DNA of 63,814 nt from Lama guanicoe (taxonomy: Eukaryota), in the NCBI GenBank assembly GCA_013239625.1, contig MU053994.1, positions 1,863,775 to 1,927,588 of the forward strand, read 5' to 3'. A program made the translations under genes and the position numbers. The notes beneath the pieces are model-generated. The model made no database searches, was not told where the DNA came from, and saw only the letters and a list, made by a program, of their open reading frames with translations. Position 1 is the first letter of the stretch. Every line of letters begins with the position of its first letter. This document shows positions 60,201 through 63,814 of this stretch, in pieces.

Positions 60201-61076
60201 TTAAAATAAGATTAAAAACAAATGGGGTCGGCCGTCCCGGCTCCCGCTGGTTCCCACTCTTGGCTCTCCTCCTTGGAAAGCCCGGGGATATGCAGCACTC
60301 CCCCACCCTTGGCAGCTCTTCATCAGTATTTGACTGGACCTCACAGGTTCTAAACGACTACAGAGAAGCAGCTGCTTCCCCCACGCCAAGCCGCACCCTC
60401 ATCCTTCCCATCACCCCATCCCCACCCCCGACCCGCACACCCGCCTGGTTTCACGGCCCCAGCATCTGGCAGACACGTGTGTCTTATTCCCACACCTCCT
60501 GGTGCGGACCGTGCATTGCACACATCCTGCCGTCACCCGCAGCAGCTGACGTCTTGACATAGATAACCGCCTCTGAAAACACATCCACCCACTGGCTGCA
60601 CGACACCGACACCGGAAGCCCAGAGACACTTGGGCAGTGCAGACAGCTTGGGAGGTTATGGTGGGAGGGAGCATCACGCCAGCCCCAGACATCCTACGGG
60701 TAGGGGGAATCCACAGAAAAGTGTATGTCTCAGACCAGACGTACCAGAGCCACCAGATGGGCCAGTTTGAGGCAGTCAGGGGGAAAAAAAAAAAAGCAAG
60801 AAGGAACACCAGAAACTCCATTCCTACCATAAAACCTGGTGGTGGGGTCTTGCCAGTACTCACAGCGGGGAGGTCATCCTCAGACTCATTGACATTCAGT
60901 CCACGCCCCAGTGGGATTCACTTTGTCCCTGTGAATGTCAGCCTGTATTTATCAGTCAGTCAACAAATATTTATTGAACCCAAAGTAGCAAGTTACAAGG
61001 TACTTGGGTTAGGGCAGGGGTTCGTGGTGGGTGGGAAAGTTCAGTGGGCCCCTCATCTTCCCCACTCACTCCTCAC

Positions 61077-61115
61077 CACACATGTGTGCGCGCACACACA
61101 CACACACACACACAT
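61077..61115. repeat. (CA)n microsatellite with palindromic TGTGTGCGCGCACACA core
   Basis: cacacatgtgtgcgcgcacacacacacacacacacacat. Confidence 0.9.
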
Positions 61116-61234
61116 TTTGGAACCACTAACATAGGAACTTAGGAGGTTGGTTCTGGTAGATCTCATATGGTTTTAACAGCTAGTTTACAGGCTGTTGGAC
61201 GGAGTGGTAGATGGATCTTTGTTCCCTGATTCCT

Positions 61235-61500
61235 CTTTGCTCCCTGCATTCGAATGATACACCCACACCCCTTGTTGCAGTTTTTCTCACTAGAAGTGGA
61301 GTGTATTTCCCCACCCCTCGCCTTTGGCTTGGACCTGTGACTTGCTTTGGGCCATGGGGTGCTGGCAGATGTGCTAAAAGCAGAGGTTTGCAACGCACTT
61401 GCAAAGTGGAGCTAGCCCTCTGATGAGTCTGCCAGTGTCAAGATAAGAACAGGGCCCCGCCAGCAGGCAGGTCCAAGGAGCCGGCCAGGACTTCCCGCCA
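61235..61500 (+). mobile_element. MLT1 (I/J-like) LTR fragment
   Basis: 'cactagaagtggagtgtatttccccacccc..ctttggcttggacctgtgacttgctttgg'. Confidence 0.7.
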
Positions 61501-61544
61501 CCTCTGCCTGGATCTAGAGCTGCCCTGGCTAAGGCACCAGGCCA

Positions 61545-61730
61545 TGTACTTGAACGTCCACTGTCTTACTCAGTCCTCTCAACTGCTCAACTCAGTCCTC
61601 TCAACTGCTCAAATAGTAGAGCCCATTTTACAGATGGGGAAACCGAGGCCCAGTGAAATCACATGACCAAAATCACATGACTAGAAAGGATCTGAATGCA
61701 GCAGTCTGGCTCTAGAAACTTCTAGGTGAA
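61545..61730 (-). mobile_element. MIR SINE with internal 22-bp tandem duplication
   Basis: 'cccattttacagatggggaaaccgaggcccag'; actcagtcctctcaactgctca at 61568-61589 and 61590-61611. Confidence 0.8.
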
Positions 61731-62439
61731 CCACCAGAGTGAACTGCTCCCCTCACTCTTCTCTGAGTCCCTGGGAACCTCATCACCCAGTGGATTCTGG
61801 GCTCCTGGGTCAAGTCCAGCCCAAAGGGAACATTCTCCACCTGTGATGACCTGGAAGCTGTGTTATCTCAACCCCCAGCTGATAAAGATCCTGGAACATT
61901 CCTGGAACCAGCCTGTGGTACTGAGCACACCTCTGGCCCTGTGACAGAGGTCTTGGAGGTGCTGGGGACTGGCCCCCAGTGGGCCCACCCCTTGTCACAC
62001 TGGAATTGGAAACTTCAGGCAAAGAATAAAATGACCACTTTTTCAATCTCCACCAGGGCCAGGGCCTGGGGGTTTGGAGATAAGGGTCCAGGATAAGGCC
62101 TTATCCCCAAATCCCCAGGCGCATCACAGGACTCTCTCCCACAGCCTGAGAACTGTGAGCACAGCGTGCTGGGTTTCAGCTAGAAGGAGAGGACCCTCTC
62201 CAGTCTACAGCCCCTGAAATGCCCCTCTGGTTGTCTGACACACGTGTGTGCATACAGCTGGTATAGACACAGACGTCATCATAATTTTGGCCTTAAGGTT
62301 TTGAAGGGCAGGGCAGGAAGGTGGAGGTACTATCCTCTGCTGTTAGAAGAGGAGATTTATTTGAGCCAAACAGTAATTCACACTAAATCCGGAGAATGGT
62401 TCAACAGTCCTTCATTTTTCTTAAAGTCCGCACAGAGCA

Positions 62440-63505
62440 GATGATTAGCAGAAGGTTTGGCTCTGAGTAACAAAGGCCAAAAATAAGAGTGCCTTAAGCA
62501 AGTCAAAAGCATCGTTCTCACTCAAATCCCAAGCTAGGTGTTTGGGGCTGGGATGGTAAGCTCTCTTCTTGAATACTCAGGGACTGTGGCTTGTGGTATT
62601 TTCCAGAACTGAGCACAGCAGTATCTTTCATCCCTCCTGCTGTTGTATAATGTAACCTTGACGCTCTCCCATCAAGATGGGGAGTCTAAATCCCCTCCCC
62701 TTGACCTTAGGCAGGCTTGTGACTGTTTGGGGCCAATAGAGTTGGCAGAACTGATGCTGAGAAACTTTTGAGAGTGGGTCATAAAAGGTCATGCGGTTTC
62801 TTCCTTGTTCATTGGACTAGTCCTGCTGGAGGCTCATGGAAGACACACAACTACCCTGAGGTTGCCATGCTGTGAGGACGCCAAGCCACACAGAGAGGCC
62901 AGGCATACATGCTCTGGTTGGCAGTCCTAATCTTTCATCATCCGTTTCAGGCTCCAGACATTCAAGTGAAGCTGTCTTGGATCTTCCAGACCAGCTCTTC
63001 AGCCAGCCAGGTACCACTGAGGGACCTTAGCCAACACCACTAAGAGAGAAAGAGTTGCCCAGCCAAGCCTGCCCGAATTCCTGACCCACATAATCTACGA
63101 GCACAATAAAATGGCTGTCGTAAGCCATGGAGGCTGAGGTGTTACACACCGGAAGCAACTGGAACAGCGACACAGGTTCCATCCAGTTCGTTGCTCTACC
63201 ATACCTGGGGAGTGGCCTTGTCTGTGTTGTTCAAAATGGCGTCTAGAGCTCCAGCCATCACATCTGCATTCCAGACAGTAGGATGCTAGGAGTGATGAAG
63301 AAAAAGAGCAAAGGGCATGACCCAGCTATCTGTTAAGGAAGTTTGTGGAAGATGTCTCAGGACTTGACACATCCTATTGGCTGGTATTTAGTAACCGTAA
63401 CTAGTAGTGAGAGAGGGTGGGAAACATCGTCTTTATTCTAGACAACTAAAAATCAGACTAAAAATCAGAAATTCTATTACCGAGATAGATGAAGAAAATG
63501 AATAT
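62440..63505 (-). mobile_element. old MLT1 (K-like) LTR split by a second MLT1
   Basis: 'aggtttggctctgagtaacaaag..gccttaagcaag' ... 'agctccagccatcacatctgcattccag', 'gggtgggaaacatcgtctttattct'. Confidence 0.7.
62585..63166 (+). mobile_element. MLT1 (F/G-like) solo LTR with 5-bp TSD
   Basis: TG...CA ends; 'ctcccatcaagatggggagtcta', 'gccatgctgtgaggacgccaagc', 'aagcctgcccgaattcctgacccaca'; TSD gggac (62580-62584) / gcgac (63167-63171). Confidence 0.85.
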
Positions 63506-63749
63506 TATAGTGCTTTGCCCCTGCATCCAAAAGTTCTTTTGCCCTCCTCCCTTACCTCGCCCCCGCCCCCTGCATTTATTTCTGTACTCTCAGTCACCTG
63601 AACATCAAGGCTGAAAAAACTATAGATCTTCAAATTGAACATCCAAAAGACAAATGAGCGCTTCTCCAGCTAGTACTAAAGGTGCCTCTCAAGGCATAAT
63701 TTCTGATGCTGACCAAGTCCCTGTCTCTTTTCTTTTTAAGACCCCTTTC

Positions 63750-63814
63750 GGAGGGGAGGGTAATCGCTCAGTGGTAGAGCACAGGCTTAGCATGCAGGAT
63801 CCTGGGTTTAATCC
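63750..63814 (+). mobile_element. camelid tRNA-Ala-derived SINE, cut by the window end
   Basis: 'ggggagggtaatcgctcagtggtagagcacaggcttagcatgcaggatcctgggtttaatcc'. Confidence 0.85.

Noticed and set aside
1-63814. CRISPR array, operon or other prokaryote-type system
   Set aside because: Sequence is eutherian genomic DNA; no regularly spaced repeat-spacer array and no gene-dense coding structure.

Overview
This is mammalian, GC-moderate, repeat-rich DNA from a draft assembly with nine N-gaps. It is almost certainly camelid (alpaca/llama/camel): it carries five copies of a tRNA-Ala(AGC)-derived, vic-1-type SINE, and I saw no Alu, Bov-tA or PRE-1 elements. I cannot support any protein-coding exon, real RNA gene or CRISPR array. 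The long ORFs in the track are GC-rich chance frames, N-gap artefacts, repeat-derived frames, or products of a 228-bp tandem duplication. Much of the window is ancient eutherian interspersed repeat: MLT1/LTR33/LTR16 solo LTRs, L1 3' ends, L2, MIR, and many hAT/Tigger DNA-transposon fossils (MER5, MER45, MER63, MER94, MER3, MER8). Several are nested with readable target-site duplications (TSDs). The unique intervals look like an intergenic or deep-intronic regulatory landscape: a CpG island centred on a 688-N gap (~52.6-54.0 kb), a good CTCF motif (46988-47003), a perfect DR2 nuclear-receptor element, an AP-1/CRE pair, two TATA-containing candidate promoters and a 22-bp-stem hairpin. I did not find a convincing new biological system. 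The most interesting items are the nested or composite retrotranspositions, the hairpin and the orphan regulatory candidates. Repeat family names and boundaries come from my recall of consensus sequences and are approximate unless TSDs or terminal inverted repeats (TIRs) are quoted.
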